From assembly GCA_946965045.2 (NCBI GenBank), contig OX337228.1, forward strand, positions 2,852,001 to 2,916,000: 64,000 nucleotides of DNA, in the 5' to 3' direction. Position 1 is the first letter of the stretch. Every line of letters starts with the position of its first letter. Position numbers and translations under genes: made by a program. A model generated the notes under the pieces. It was given only the letters and a program-made list of their open reading frames with translations, was not told the origin of the DNA and searched no databases. Origin of the DNA: Epithemia pelagica. Its lineage: Eukaryota; Protista; Bacillariophyta. This document shows, one piece after another, positions 22,814 through 33,365 of this stretch.

Positions 22814-24916
22814 TCATGCATCTTTCTTCAAAATATTTCTTGCGTCGGTCGAAGATGGATCGTGTTGAGCTTGTTCAGTCTCTTCGCCCGGCGACGAGTC
22901 CGCTTGTGTTTCCCACAGTTCGGCCCAATTTATCTTGTCCTTGGCAAAGTAAAGTTGTCCCAGATATTTTGGACCAACTTCTTTTACAAACGCTCGAATA
23001 TCGTCCTGTAAGTTCTTGCGAAGAGATGGCAATGCGGCCATACGACGACGCGTCGTACGATCTAGTCGCATGTACAAGGGTCGTAAATCCTTCCAGTCTA
23101 CCATCCCGGCTTCGGCAGCTACAATACCCATGTAGGCAAACAAAGGTAGACATCCGATGCATAAAGCAATCGTAGGTCCATCCATATCAGTCAACGTACT
23201 TAATGCAACACCATATACAGCCCATAGTGTTGGAACCGCAACGATACAGAAAAGCACCTTCTCCGTCAACATGACATCGTAGGCATTGATTTTTACTTTT
23301 GATTTTGCCAGTGCCCGTTTTCTTCGCCGCTCGGCGTACAAGCCAGCCAGAATCCCGACAGGAAAATTGATCAGAACAAACGGAATGGCGGCAACAGCAA
23401 TTAAAAAGAGAAGATGCAGCGTTTGGTACGTGTAATGAAGCACTTGGAGAACCATTGAAGGATGTTGCCATGTATCTTTGACGGAAAGGACGTCACGTTC
23501 CATGTGTTGTTCCGTCAGTGCGGGTACTTGATAGTCCCGCAATCCCAGTTCCTTCAACGCTTGGCGATATTCACAAACACGTTGGTACAATGCTTGCCAT
23601 TCCGCCGGCGGATCTGGGTGTTGCAGTAAGAGTTGGTATCCTTGAGCAAAGCGCCTTGTCAAATCTTGTTTCTCCGCTGCCTCCAAAGTTCCCTTCTTGT
23701 ACTGCCATAATCTTCGACAAGTATGGATCATTTCCAATGTTTCATAGTCAGGCGTGGACACCAAAACACTTTTCATGGAACGAACAATATCTTCTAATAA
23801 TGAATTGCAAACAGCACGACGCGCTTCACCTCCTTGTTGAAATTGTATCAAAGTGGACGCATCGACCATAGTCGGTCTTCCATATTCGATAACAGCCTTG
23901 CCACGCCAGCGATGTGCACGAAAGTAGTTGAGACCGACAGGAACGATTGGAATCTGAAGATTGTGTTTGTCAAGCGCAGAATAAGCAATGAGAGCTATGC
24001 CCACTTTGAGAGGCAACAATTCGGTGCGATCGTGGCTGCCACCTTCCGGAAATATTCCCACTGCGCCACCACTGGCCAATCGCTCCAAGACCTTGTCGAA
24101 GACTTCCGCAGTGTCAACCTTTTTCAACGCATCAAAACACTGAGGGTTGTTTGATTTTGGGAGTTCGTAATCGCCAGGGCGCCCACTGCCATCAACTGCC
24201 ATGTCAGTGTCACTGTCAATATGAACAACTTTGAAGCCATAGGATGTCCCTACAGGTCGAACCTTGTCGCCCGGAACGAGTTCGGACAGGAAACTCGTCC
24301 CGAATCCGTGAACCTTGATGGAATCCGTATCCGTAGCAGCGGGTTCGTCTTTTATTTCATTTGGTTTGTTCAATTCAGCTGACTTTTGATCATCACCACC
24401 TGTATTGCATGTCATGGCGATGGTTCCCTTTCCTTGTCGTGCTTCGTCTTGCGCACGTTTGACTGGCACAACATCCAGAGCCCACGCAATATCACCAATG
24501 ATTCGACGTTTATAGCTCGCTTCAGCCATTATGTAAGAGATTTTGCGTTGGCATGTACTTAATACCGAGACGGCATCAATAAACTGATTGGCATGATTGA
24601 TGGTGAACAGTACCGGTCCAAACCGGGGGATGTTCTCGACGCCAACTACTTCCACATGTTGGAAAAATATAGACAAGATGGAATGGAAAAAGGCCTTGAC
24701 GGCGAAATATAGCACTTGTTTGAATTCACTCAAGACCACATAAACCAGCAAGGCCAAACTGGTCGCAGCCCAGTGCCAGGGTTGAAGCCATGGCCATACT
24801 GAACAAAGGATCTTGATTGGGTTCAACTCATCTATTGATAGCAACACCAGAACGAAGTACACCGCGATCTGAGTCTTGGTGAAGTCGACATCGGTCATGA
24901 ATCGATTGGGTGCCAT
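22814..24916 (-). CDS. Glycerol-3-phosphate/DHAP acyltransferase (Sct1/Gpt2-like GPAT)
   Basis: PlsC blocks NHANQFIDA, IFPEGGSHDR, IVPVGLNY; N- and C-terminal TM segments. Start at MAPNRF is inferred; the ORF opens at 25066. Confidence 0.9.
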   Translation of the reverse strand: MAPNRFMTDVDFTKTQIAVYFVLVLLSIDELNPIKILCSVWPWLQPWHWAATSLALLVYVVLSEFKQVLYFAVKAFFHSILSIFFQHVEVVGVENIPRFGPVLFTINHANQFIDAVSVLSTCQRKISYIMAEASYKRRIIGDIAWALDVVPVKRAQDEARQGKGTIAMTCNTGGDDQKSAELNKPNEIKDEPAATDTDSIKVHGFGTSFLSELVPGDKVRPVGTSYGFKVVHIDSDTDMAVDGSGRPGDYELPKSNNPQCFDALKKVDTAEVFDKVLERLASGGAVGIFPEGGSHDRTELLPLKVGIALIAYSALDKHNLQIPIVPVGLNYFRAHRWRGKAVIEYGRPTMVDASTLIQFQQGGEARRAVCNSLLEDIVRSMKSVLVSTPDYETLEMIHTCRRLWQYKKGTLEAAEKQDLTRRFAQGYQLLLQHPDPPAEWQALYQRVCEYRQALKELGLRDYQVPALTEQHMERDVLSVKDTWQHPSMVLQVLHYTYQTLHLLFLIAVAAIPFVLINFPVGILAGLYAERRRKRALAKSKVKINAYDVMLTEKVLFCIVAVPTLWAVYGVALSTLTDMDGPTIALCIGCLPLFAYMGIVAAEAGMVDWKDLRPLYMRLDRTTRRRMAALPSLRKNLQDDIRAFVKEVGPKYLGQLYFAKDKINWAELWETQADSSPGEETEQAQHDPSSTDARNILKKDA

Positions 24917-25536
24917 CGTCAAGGAGACAGGTCTTGGGATTTGTATGCGTTGACAACAAGAATGAGAAGAGACACATCCATCATCTCGCAGCTCCCAACT
25001 GCAACTGTTGAATCTATTGGGAACGAAAATGAAACGTGGATAAGTCGCTTTTATGGAAAGCGCCACTTGCTATGTGCTCCTATGTCACATGTCATTACCT
25101 CTAGCGAGAGCTTTAAGGTTGAGCCACAAGAAGATGCGCCATCGCTCTAACAAAGTTGTAATGCAGACCATAAATAAATGGATCTCTCCTTACTTCCTTA
25201 CGATACTCGTGTTGAAGGACGTTCGTACTCAATATAGGAGAAGCTAATCAAAGCACATGGGCGGGCAGTACATTCGCCTACTACTCCATGTTTGTAATAT
25301 TCAAGCAGTTGCTTCGTTCGATGAATATTTCAAGAGTTCATCTTGTATGGAACTCAACAGAATCATGGCAACCGTCCACGAGCCACCTGACCTTGTCGGA
25401 CCTTGTCATTTGACTGCCCATTGTTGACACGCAGACAAGTCTTTTTCCGGATAGGAGATCGCCATCAAACAGCTTCAGTATACCACTGGATAGTGACAAA
25501 CAGGAAATGTCATGTTCCGCTGTTGTCTCCAATCGA

Positions 25537-28467
25537 TCAGGGTTCCTGTGTATCATCTTCGGTCGACGGGTCTGTTCTACTGGTTTTCGGAATTTCATCA
25601 GAGTGCCCATGCTCTTCTGAACTTTCTTTTATGCTTGGAATACTTGAAGCTGGGGTTCCAATTTCGTTCCTGCCTGAAGCGTCTACATCAAAGTCTGAGT
25701 CGCTGTATTCTTCAGATTGCTCGGCAAAACTCGGAAGCAACAAGTCCTTATTATTTTCCTCAGCAAAGGAAAGTTGGCGAAAGCTGGAGTCGTTCAAAGA
25801 TGAACTCTTCACGGAAAGCTCAGACAACGGCCCCAGGCCGGAAAATCCTGATCTTCTACTTGATTCTCGTAAAACAGCTTTCTTGTGAGTTGCGCTGAGG
25901 ACAGATTCACCAATTGTAACACCCTCCTCCAATCCTTTTATTTGGAAATTGACTTTCGGAATAAAAATAAACGCCAAGACACCAATGTTATCCAAAGCGA
26001 CGATTCCAGTAATGACAAAGAACGTGGCCTCGACACTGTCCTGTGCTGCAATCAAAATGGGCACACCGACAATAGCTACCTCCAGGGCAAATATTGCTGC
26101 CATGCTCAAGTATTTGTTTTCCTGATAGCGATTACTGACATTTCGGACCTTCCATAAGAGAAAGTGGGTAATCAATACCAAAACCATATGGTTCGCGAGA
26201 AGAGGTCCGAGAAAAGCCCAAACATCCCCATCATCATCCGACGGTCGACACCGCCCAACACTTTCAACTACCACAACACCATCCTCTACGTTTCGACCCG
26301 TTTCTTCTCTCTTGTACTCTAGAGGATTTATGATTGTCCAAGCTGTGAGAATAACAGCATCAACCACTAAAGGAACAATAATCGCATAAGAGCTGCTCCA
26401 GACACTGAACTTTGCTCTTCGTCCCAAAGTGCTGCTCTCAACAATCATACTTAGACGCAACGTCTTCGAGCATAGGCTTCCGTATTGAATGACCCATCCC
26501 ACACTATAAAGAATGGGTGCTGCCTTGCATCCCGCGGTCGCTTGATCAGTATCTTCCCCAGTCCCAGCTTGAAACAAAAGCCCAACAATAGAAGACGTGG
26601 AAACGATTCCACCAACACAAATTAACAACAGATATGGAATCTGTGCCAGACTAACAACAGGGTCCTTGCGATAGACAATAACCCAGCCAATAAAGAAAAA
26701 TGCCATGAGCCAGCTCACAGCAATAGCCACATAACCGAACGACAACATTCCATTTGACAACAGATTGTCTTCTACTCGCGTACAGTTAAACGCTCCGACT
26801 TCACCTTGCGTTGATGTTCCATCGGGACAAGCCGAGCACTCTAAATCCCTTCCCGGCGAAGGAGAGAACGAGTCTTTCGGACAAAGAGAACAAATGCCCT
26901 CTAACAGTGCCAGACGATCGTCCAACATAGAAGCGTTCGAAAACTCCCCGGGTGGACAAGCACTTGCGATCGACGCAGGGACAATAAGCTCAGTCTGTGC
27001 TTGACTGTCAGGAGAGAACAAAGAACTTTCAAGAGCAGCATAGGGCCGTGACTGCCATTGAATTGCCGCAGATTCACGTCCGTTGTTACGTTGCTTATCA
27101 TCGAACTGCACTGTACCAAAAATGGTATCCACTCGAATGTTCAACATGATGCGACGCAGCTGTTCGCGTCCTTCTGGTGTTGAAATGTCACCCAAAGGGT
27201 CCGGGTTGTTGTATACGCGATAGACGATATGCAGAAACCGAGCGTAAAACACTGGAATGGCATAGCTAACCAACATATCATATCCACCCAAGTATCCAAC
27301 CTTCGGGACATTAGACTCCAGCATCTCGATTCCGGAATCAAAATATTCATCAGAATACTGGAACGCGGAATGCCACTGACCCGCGCCTTGGACATACGGG
27401 ACCTGCTTTTGATTCTGTAAAGCCCATCCCCACGTTGCTGGCGTCATCCAGAGCGAGGTTAACAAACAGTGATTCTCTCGAAGTCTTGGCAAAATTAAAT
27501 CTTGCTCGGTTAGAGTGCACATATAAAGGGCGGGAGGAACGTCGGTTCTGTTGGCAGAGCCAGGAGGACAGATCTCGTCAACAACCTTGGTCATAGTTTG
27601 ATAATCTCTGTAGTTTTCAATACCGTCACCATCGTCGTCCTCAAACGGATCATACAGCACTGACACAACATCCGAAAACCCAGCTTCTTCCAACATTCTC
27701 AAAGCAGTCGCGCAGGTTGAAAAGAAGAATTCAGACCTAGTATTGTAGATCACTCGAACCGGTTGTCTCGCCACTCCTCCAGGTTGCGTTTCCGCCATGA
27801 ATCGAAGCTTTCGAATGGAAGCTGCCGTGTAGTCATCGCTAGTTACATGAAAACCAAATACCCAGGGATTTTCGGATGGATTGTAGAAGCTGGGCGGGCC
27901 AACTTGTGCGATTAAGATGGTTTCATGAGCCAATGCGAATTCTTTCTCGATCGAAGCTTTCTGTGAACACGTCCCAATGATGAATCGAAACTGTCCAGTT
28001 GTTGCTTCAAGCATTGTATTGAGTAGGTGCTTATGCAGAGCGTCGTAAGCAGCATTGCCCAAGAACGCAGGATTTCCTGCGATAACACTTATTAACTGAA
28101 ACCCGACATAGAAATCCTTACTGAAGCCAATAGCGAATCCTTTTGCATTATTATCGGCGTTCAGTTTCTCCATGGCGACCATAGAACCATCCCGATGGTC
28201 ATGACAGTTCGAAGCTGTCACCATCAAGCCCGTAACAATTAGATCGTATGGCCCAAAAGCGGTAGCATTGTACGTCTCCGTAGCGTTTGGGTCAACATGA
28301 TGAATTATGCAAGGTTCAATATTTTCGGTCGACGGGAGATTGAAGATCTCGAGAGACGACAGCTCACAGAGTTGCAGGCTTTCGAAGCTCAATTCATCTA
28401 CTGCCGAAATCACGGTCCAACTGCATGTTTGTATCAACAGCAGAATGAACGCTGAGATCCATGTCAT
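25537..28467 (-). CDS. Family C (GABA-B-like) G-protein-coupled receptor
   Basis: Signal peptide, large periplasmic-binding-type ectodomain (DTIFGTVQFD), Cys-rich CSLCPKDSF..CSACP, seven TM segments, KT.R and ..ENKY motifs, PK at the end of TM7. Confidence 0.88.
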   Translation of the reverse strand: MTWISAFILLLIQTCSWTVISAVDELSFESLQLCELSSLEIFNLPSTENIEPCIIHHVDPNATETYNATAFGPYDLIVTGLMVTASNCHDHRDGSMVAMEKLNADNNAKGFAIGFSKDFYVGFQLISVIAGNPAFLGNAAYDALHKHLLNTMLEATTGQFRFIIGTCSQKASIEKEFALAHETILIAQVGPPSFYNPSENPWVFGFHVTSDDYTAASIRKLRFMAETQPGGVARQPVRVIYNTRSEFFFSTCATALRMLEEAGFSDVVSVLYDPFEDDDGDGIENYRDYQTMTKVVDEICPPGSANRTDVPPALYMCTLTEQDLILPRLRENHCLLTSLWMTPATWGWALQNQKQVPYVQGAGQWHSAFQYSDEYFDSGIEMLESNVPKVGYLGGYDMLVSYAIPVFYARFLHIVYRVYNNPDPLGDISTPEGREQLRRIMLNIRVDTIFGTVQFDDKQRNNGRESAAIQWQSRPYAALESSLFSPDSQAQTELIVPASIASACPPGEFSNASMLDDRLALLEGICSLCPKDSFSPSPGRDLECSACPDGTSTQGEVGAFNCTRVEDNLLSNGMLSFGYVAIAVSWLMAFFFIGWVIVYRKDPVVSLAQIPYLLLICVGGIVSTSSIVGLLFQAGTGEDTDQATAGCKAAPILYSVGWVIQYGSLCSKTLRLSMIVESSTLGRRAKFSVWSSSYAIIVPLVVDAVILTAWTIINPLEYKREETGRNVEDGVVVVESVGRCRPSDDDGDVWAFLGPLLANHMVLVLITHFLLWKVRNVSNRYQENKYLSMAAIFALEVAIVGVPILIAAQDSVEATFFVITGIVALDNIGVLAFIFIPKVNFQIKGLEEGVTIGESVLSATHKKAVLRESSRRSGFSGLGPLSELSVKSSSLNDSSFRQLSFAEENNKDLLLPSFAEQSEEYSDSDFDVDASGRNEIGTPASSIPSIKESSEEHGHSDEIPKTSRTDPSTEDDTQEP

Positions 28468-29596
28468 TCTGAGAGCCCAGCTTTGCGTATGGTCCTCCAA
28501 ATTATTCCCTTATTCTGTTTTCTCTTGTAGTGGAAGTATGAAGTGGCGACCACAGAAGGCAACAGGGATGTCTTTTTGATTACAAGTTCCCCTCCATGAA
28601 GAAAATTACAATTAACAAACGAGTTCAATGCACTCTACCGCTGCTGCGTAGGCACGACACGGCATAAACTTTTAATTTTTTGTGGTTTGTTGCTCCGTTG
28701 GAGGCAAAGATCATATGAAGCGCTAAGTAGTATTGTATAGGGCTCTCGTTCTCCTATTCGTAATACAGAAGACGGCAAATATTTTACTCCTCGAGGCGTT
28801 AGGCCTTTGACCTCTATTTCACCGTGGATCGCGAGACGTCCGTCTCTCTGCCTTGGTAGGTAGTCTCTGGGAGGTAGTTCCACTTTGGTTATTCTTTAAT
28901 CTGGAGATCCATTTCGATTTTCGATTGATAGACGCCGCCATTTCGCGAGAAAGACCCGTGGCCAAGCAGAAATGAGCCACAACACTGGGGAAAAGCCGTT
29001 CGTTTACGACCACGGTATTCGTAGATGCCGAGGTACTGCAAAAGCTCCGAAACAACGAATGTTCATCGCAATGACAGCGACAAGAAACTATTCTCCCACA
29101 TGTGGATACCCCGGCTCGTCTTCGCCTGTCTTCGCCTTGTTTCGCTGTTTGAGATCAATACAATACGAATATATCCTCTTGGCAAAACTACCCTCATGTG
29201 TCCAAAGGAAAACTCCTGTGTTGCGATGTGACATGATGCCGGTCATGAGATCTCTTGATCCGGCTCTACCATATTCGACACACTTGACACACATTCTTCA
29301 TCTGGTCGCTACCAAAGTTGAGTCGACCGGAGGCGTGCAAACTGAGGAAATTGTTTTCAGACCCTCTGTCAAAGAGAATCTGACCATTGAACTCCATGGC
29401 GAATGGCGAATAGCGTACTGGTGCTGATTGACCTGTCTCTGAATTCTGAATAGATCGCATTTACGAATACACAGAAAGAGACCAGCGAGATGTTCCAAAT
29501 GCCAAAGGAAAACCACTCAAGGCTTGAGAGGAAGTTGGATGAATGATATTGTCTTCGTGTTCGGAATTCGGAAGCACCTCGACCCTCGAGCCCGAC

Positions 29597-31027
29597 GGGA
29601 ATAGCGAAATGACAGACTTTCATGACAGACTTTCGGATAAACTTTCAAAATGTTGACTGCTATACGGACAGACTATCCGGTTGCACTCCATGTCACTGTT
29701 GCTCTTCCACATGCACTCTTCATTTAAATAAAATGTCATTTTACTACAGCCCTTCTTGTCTCGTCAGTGCCACTTCAAATTCATGACGAGGATACCCCGT
29801 TTAACCCTAACTCTAAAAACGAATGTTTACCCGAATGTCTGTCATTTCGCTATTCAGGCCTGAAAAAGTGAAATGACAGACTTTCGGGGTAGTTGTTTGA
29901 CAGACATTCGGAGTTTCAGGTAGCTTTTTGACAGACATTCGGAGTTTCAGGTAGCTTTTTGACAGACATTCGGGAAAACTTTTCATTCTTGTAGTATCTT
30001 CTATTTACAATACAAAAAAATGTTCCCAACCAACATCATATCTACACATGATAGAGAGAATATTGCCTTTTAGTGTCTTGATTTCCCGTAATCAGACTGC
30101 TCGTTTGGACCCAACAATGATGGAACCAATCACGCCAAGGAAGCAGCAAACAATCACCTACCAACTACTCGCTGCCAACGAACAACGAACAATGACAACA
30201 CTCGGCAACAACAACAAAAAAAACCCGCACGCAACAATCAACTACTCGCTGTCACCGAACCCAGTGCACGAGACTGTGCCCGTCAATGACAACAAGAAGC
30301 AACAACGACATGCGGCGACTGCAGCAACGACATGCGACAAGACAGCAAGCGTCGACAACGACAGCGACAACAACAACATGCGGCTACAACAACGACAGCG
30401 ACAACAACAACATGCGGCTACAACCACAAGAACAACATACTCAACAATCAACTCCTCGTTTCTGCCCAACGGCAAAACAATCGGCGACGACGGCATGGCA
30501 ACAGCACCATTCGGCTGCTTCCGATAACACAGTTCGAGTGGAAGAAGGAGTGGACGCCGTAAACGAGAGCACCTTATCGAATCTTGACACTCTTACTGGA
30601 TGGTGAAACAACAATAAACAAAGACAAAGACAAATGGATCGATGCAGGCAAAAGACAGGATGGTGAACGAGGATGGATGGACGAAACGATTGCCTACGAG
30701 TATGACACATACAAGTATGTACAAAGCTAACTAGTACATGCTCTCACTCAATTAGTCATGTTCATACAAGTAGAGGAGGCGGGTTGATTGCTGTTGTGTT
30801 AGAGCCTCCTCGCCATGGTGTGTGTGAGGATAGTTTGCATATCTTGAGATTGAGCATCTCATTGATCGGTCGGTCCATGTGAGGGATGAGGGGCAATTCA
30901 TCTTAGTTTTTTACTTCGGGAAAATGTATAGAGTGAATCTCGTTGGGCCGAAATTCCCTCTAAAGTTGAAAGTTTATCCGAAAGTCTGTCATGAAAGTCT
31001 GTCATGAAAGTCTGTCATTTCACTCCC
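29597..31027. mobile_element. Non-autonomous foldback/MULE-like element, 1431 bp, flanked by a 12-bp direct repeat
   Basis: CTCGAGCCCGAC at 29585-29596 and 31028-31039; GGGA...TCCC termini; inverted subterminal arrays of the 13-mer ATGACAGACTTTC plus GGATAAACTTTCAA; internal 31-bp tandem repeat at ~29900-29972. Confidence 0.8.
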
Positions 31028-31361
31028 CTCGAGCCCGACCCCCTCCAAAAAAAATCCTTACGTCTGTCCGTGGCTCCATACATGACCGTTGAGTCGGGTC
31101 AAAACCCTATCCCTGTAAACGACTGCCATACTCTGCACTCTGCGGTCTCAAGTCTGTGAAGATCGCCTCTTGCGGTCATTCTCTCGTTCCAACAGAGGTA
31201 CCTCGCACTACCTCGCAATACCTCGCACCTATTGTAAAGGTCTGGATCTGTTTGATTCTCGTGAATCAAAGGCAACAAAACTGCCAACAACATCTCTTGT
31301 TTGGGACCTGTTTCTGCTTTGGCGCTTCTAAAAGGCTGCCTTCTTTTCTTCAACAATGAGC

Positions 31362-32130
31362 ATGAATATCTTCCGCCTCGCGGGAGACATGTCGCATGTC
31401 TTCAGTATCATCGTGCTTTTGTTGCGACTTCGTGTTGCCAAGAATGCGCAAGGTACGCTCCTGACCTCCCGGGAATACTAGCGCAACGCATCGATAATTT
31501 AACTCTTTTCTTCTTTCGTTTTTGTTTCTGCGGAAATGTCCAGGTATCTCGGTCAGGACGCATGAGCTTTATCTCTTAGTTTTCGCTACCCGTTACCTCG
31601 ACTTGTTCACCAGTTTCTATTCCATCTACAACTCAGTCATGAAGGTGCTATTTATTGCCAGTACGACGTCCATCATATACACGATCCGATTTAAGGAGCC
31701 AATCAAATCCACGTATGAAAAAGGCCAGGACACCTTCTTACACTGGAAGTTTGCGGTATTACCTTGTGCCATTGTGGCCGTTATCACCCATTTGCTTGGA
31801 TCAGGAATTGCAAAGTTCGACCTCCTGGAGTTGCTGTGGACTTTCTCAATCTACCTGGAATCAATTAGCATTTTGCCACAATTAATTGTTCTACAACGGT
31901 ACCGTGAGGTCGAAAACTTGACAGGGAATTATGTTTTCTTTATGGGTGCCTACCGAGCCTTGTACATTGTGAATTGGATTTACAGGGCAAATACGGAAAA
32001 GGGATACAAACATCACTGGGTGGTGTACTTTTGCGGTGTTTTGCAAACGCTCTTGTATGCGGATTTCTTCTACTACTACGTAAAAGCCAAGTCCAAGGGC
32101 AGCAAGCTGACACTTCCAACTGCGTCGTAA
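31362..32130 (+). CDS. ERD2: ER lumen protein-retaining (KDEL/HDEL) receptor, 2 exons (intron 31453-31543)
   Basis: MNIFRLAGDMSH...AQ|GISVRTHELY..VFATRYLDLF, WTFSIYLES..ILPQL, YRALYI.NW, QT.LYADFFYYY. Confidence 0.97.
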
Positions 32131-32512
32131 TGATGCAGATAAACCATTGCAAAAAGCGACAGTCTCGTGGGTTGGAGAAAATATGTTGTGCGGTTGCTCA
32201 AACTATGAATGTACTAAGATAGAGTTTCGTGATTACGTTTACATTTGTCAAGGGCATTTACTTCTTCGCAACAAGTGTGAAATTCTCTATTGTGCCTACG
32301 GAAAGTAATAGTATTGACTGAATCGATGGTTGTCCCTGTAAACCTGGCCTTACGTCAGGTCAAAGAGTTGCTGAACAAGCCTTCAGTTGTCGACTTGTGT
32401 CTGTTTAGATTAGACTATGATCAACACGGAGGACTCGCAGCGACAAAACTGTGTACCAAGCTCACATGAAAGATTTCGAGTCCCATGCATAACGCTCTTA
32501 TCCGCTGCCCGA

Positions 32513-33232
32513 CTAACGGCGGGATGCCTTCCCCATCCGTTTCTCTTGACTCTTTCGCATGGCTGACTTCTGTTTCCTTGTCATCACAGTGATCGCCTCC
32601 CGTTGTACTATCAACTGAGTATTCTCAACAGTCATCGGTAGTGCTTTACCTTCAAGCTTGCGTTTCCGTAGAACACGTTGCATTAAGGAGATTGTATCGA
32701 ACTGCTGAAGAAAAAGGTTCAAGTCTTCGATCGATACCTCAGCTTTGTTTATTGCCTTAAGTTTCTCGAGTTTGCTCATGTCCTCAAGGTCTTGAGCTGT
32801 GCATTCCGCTCCTTTTGCTGCAATGAGTCCTTGGACTGCACTGTACATCTTTCTTGCTAATTGTAACTCGCCGTTGGAACCCATACCAGGAATCTTGGCC
32901 TTCCAACTCTTAACGGTGTTCTCCAACTCCTTCGACATATCATCAAGAGTCCAGGAGTCTGTAGCTGCCATGGCCTCCACGCGTTTCTCATAGTCTTTTT
33001 GCGCTTGTCTTTCCTGAGAATTCTTCCACCAATCAACCGGATTTATATTGAAAGAGCTTGCAGCTGGGGACGAAGAACCGAACTGTCTGATTGACCCATA
33101 AGTGCTTCTGTTGTTCTTCAAAATATCAGATGACTTTGTAATGGGGACTTCTAGTCTTTGAACAGCATGTGCTACTCGCCCCCATCCTCTACTGTGATAG
33201 TATGATTTGAATATAAAAACCCGACTGCTCAT
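32513..33232 (-). CDS. Hypothetical protein with a mitochondrial-type presequence and an Ffh/SRP54 M-domain-like region
   Basis: N-terminus is R/S-rich and nearly free of acidic residues; WTLDD...KIPGMG...IEDLNLFLQQFD..LM. The ORF opens at 33298. Confidence 0.6.
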   Translation of the reverse strand: MSSRVFIFKSYYHSRGWGRVAHAVQRLEVPITKSSDILKNNRSTYGSIRQFGSSSPAASSFNINPVDWWKNSQERQAQKDYEKRVEAMAATDSWTLDDMSKELENTVKSWKAKIPGMGSNGELQLARKMYSAVQGLIAAKGAECTAQDLEDMSKLEKLKAINKAEVSIEDLNLFLQQFDTISLMQRVLRKRKLEGKALPMTVENTQLIVQREAITVMTRKQKSAMRKSQEKRMGKASRR

Positions 33233-33365
33233 GGTCGATCTCGTTCTATCGAAAAGATTGGATGGCGGCGGATAAAGGGACATGAGACATGACATCAATG
33301 TCGCGCAGGGCGGTGCAGATAGTTTGTCGCTCTAAGGTCGCGTAAAACTGACGCACAAAAAAGAG

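Noticed and set aside
28635-29623. Cluster of short ORFs (e.g. 28972-29427)
   Set aside because: No recognisable motifs or consistent splice model; probably GPCR upstream sequence.
30048-30710. ORFs of 76-159 aa
   Set aside because: Low-complexity ACA/CGA repeats inside a non-autonomous element; no domain.
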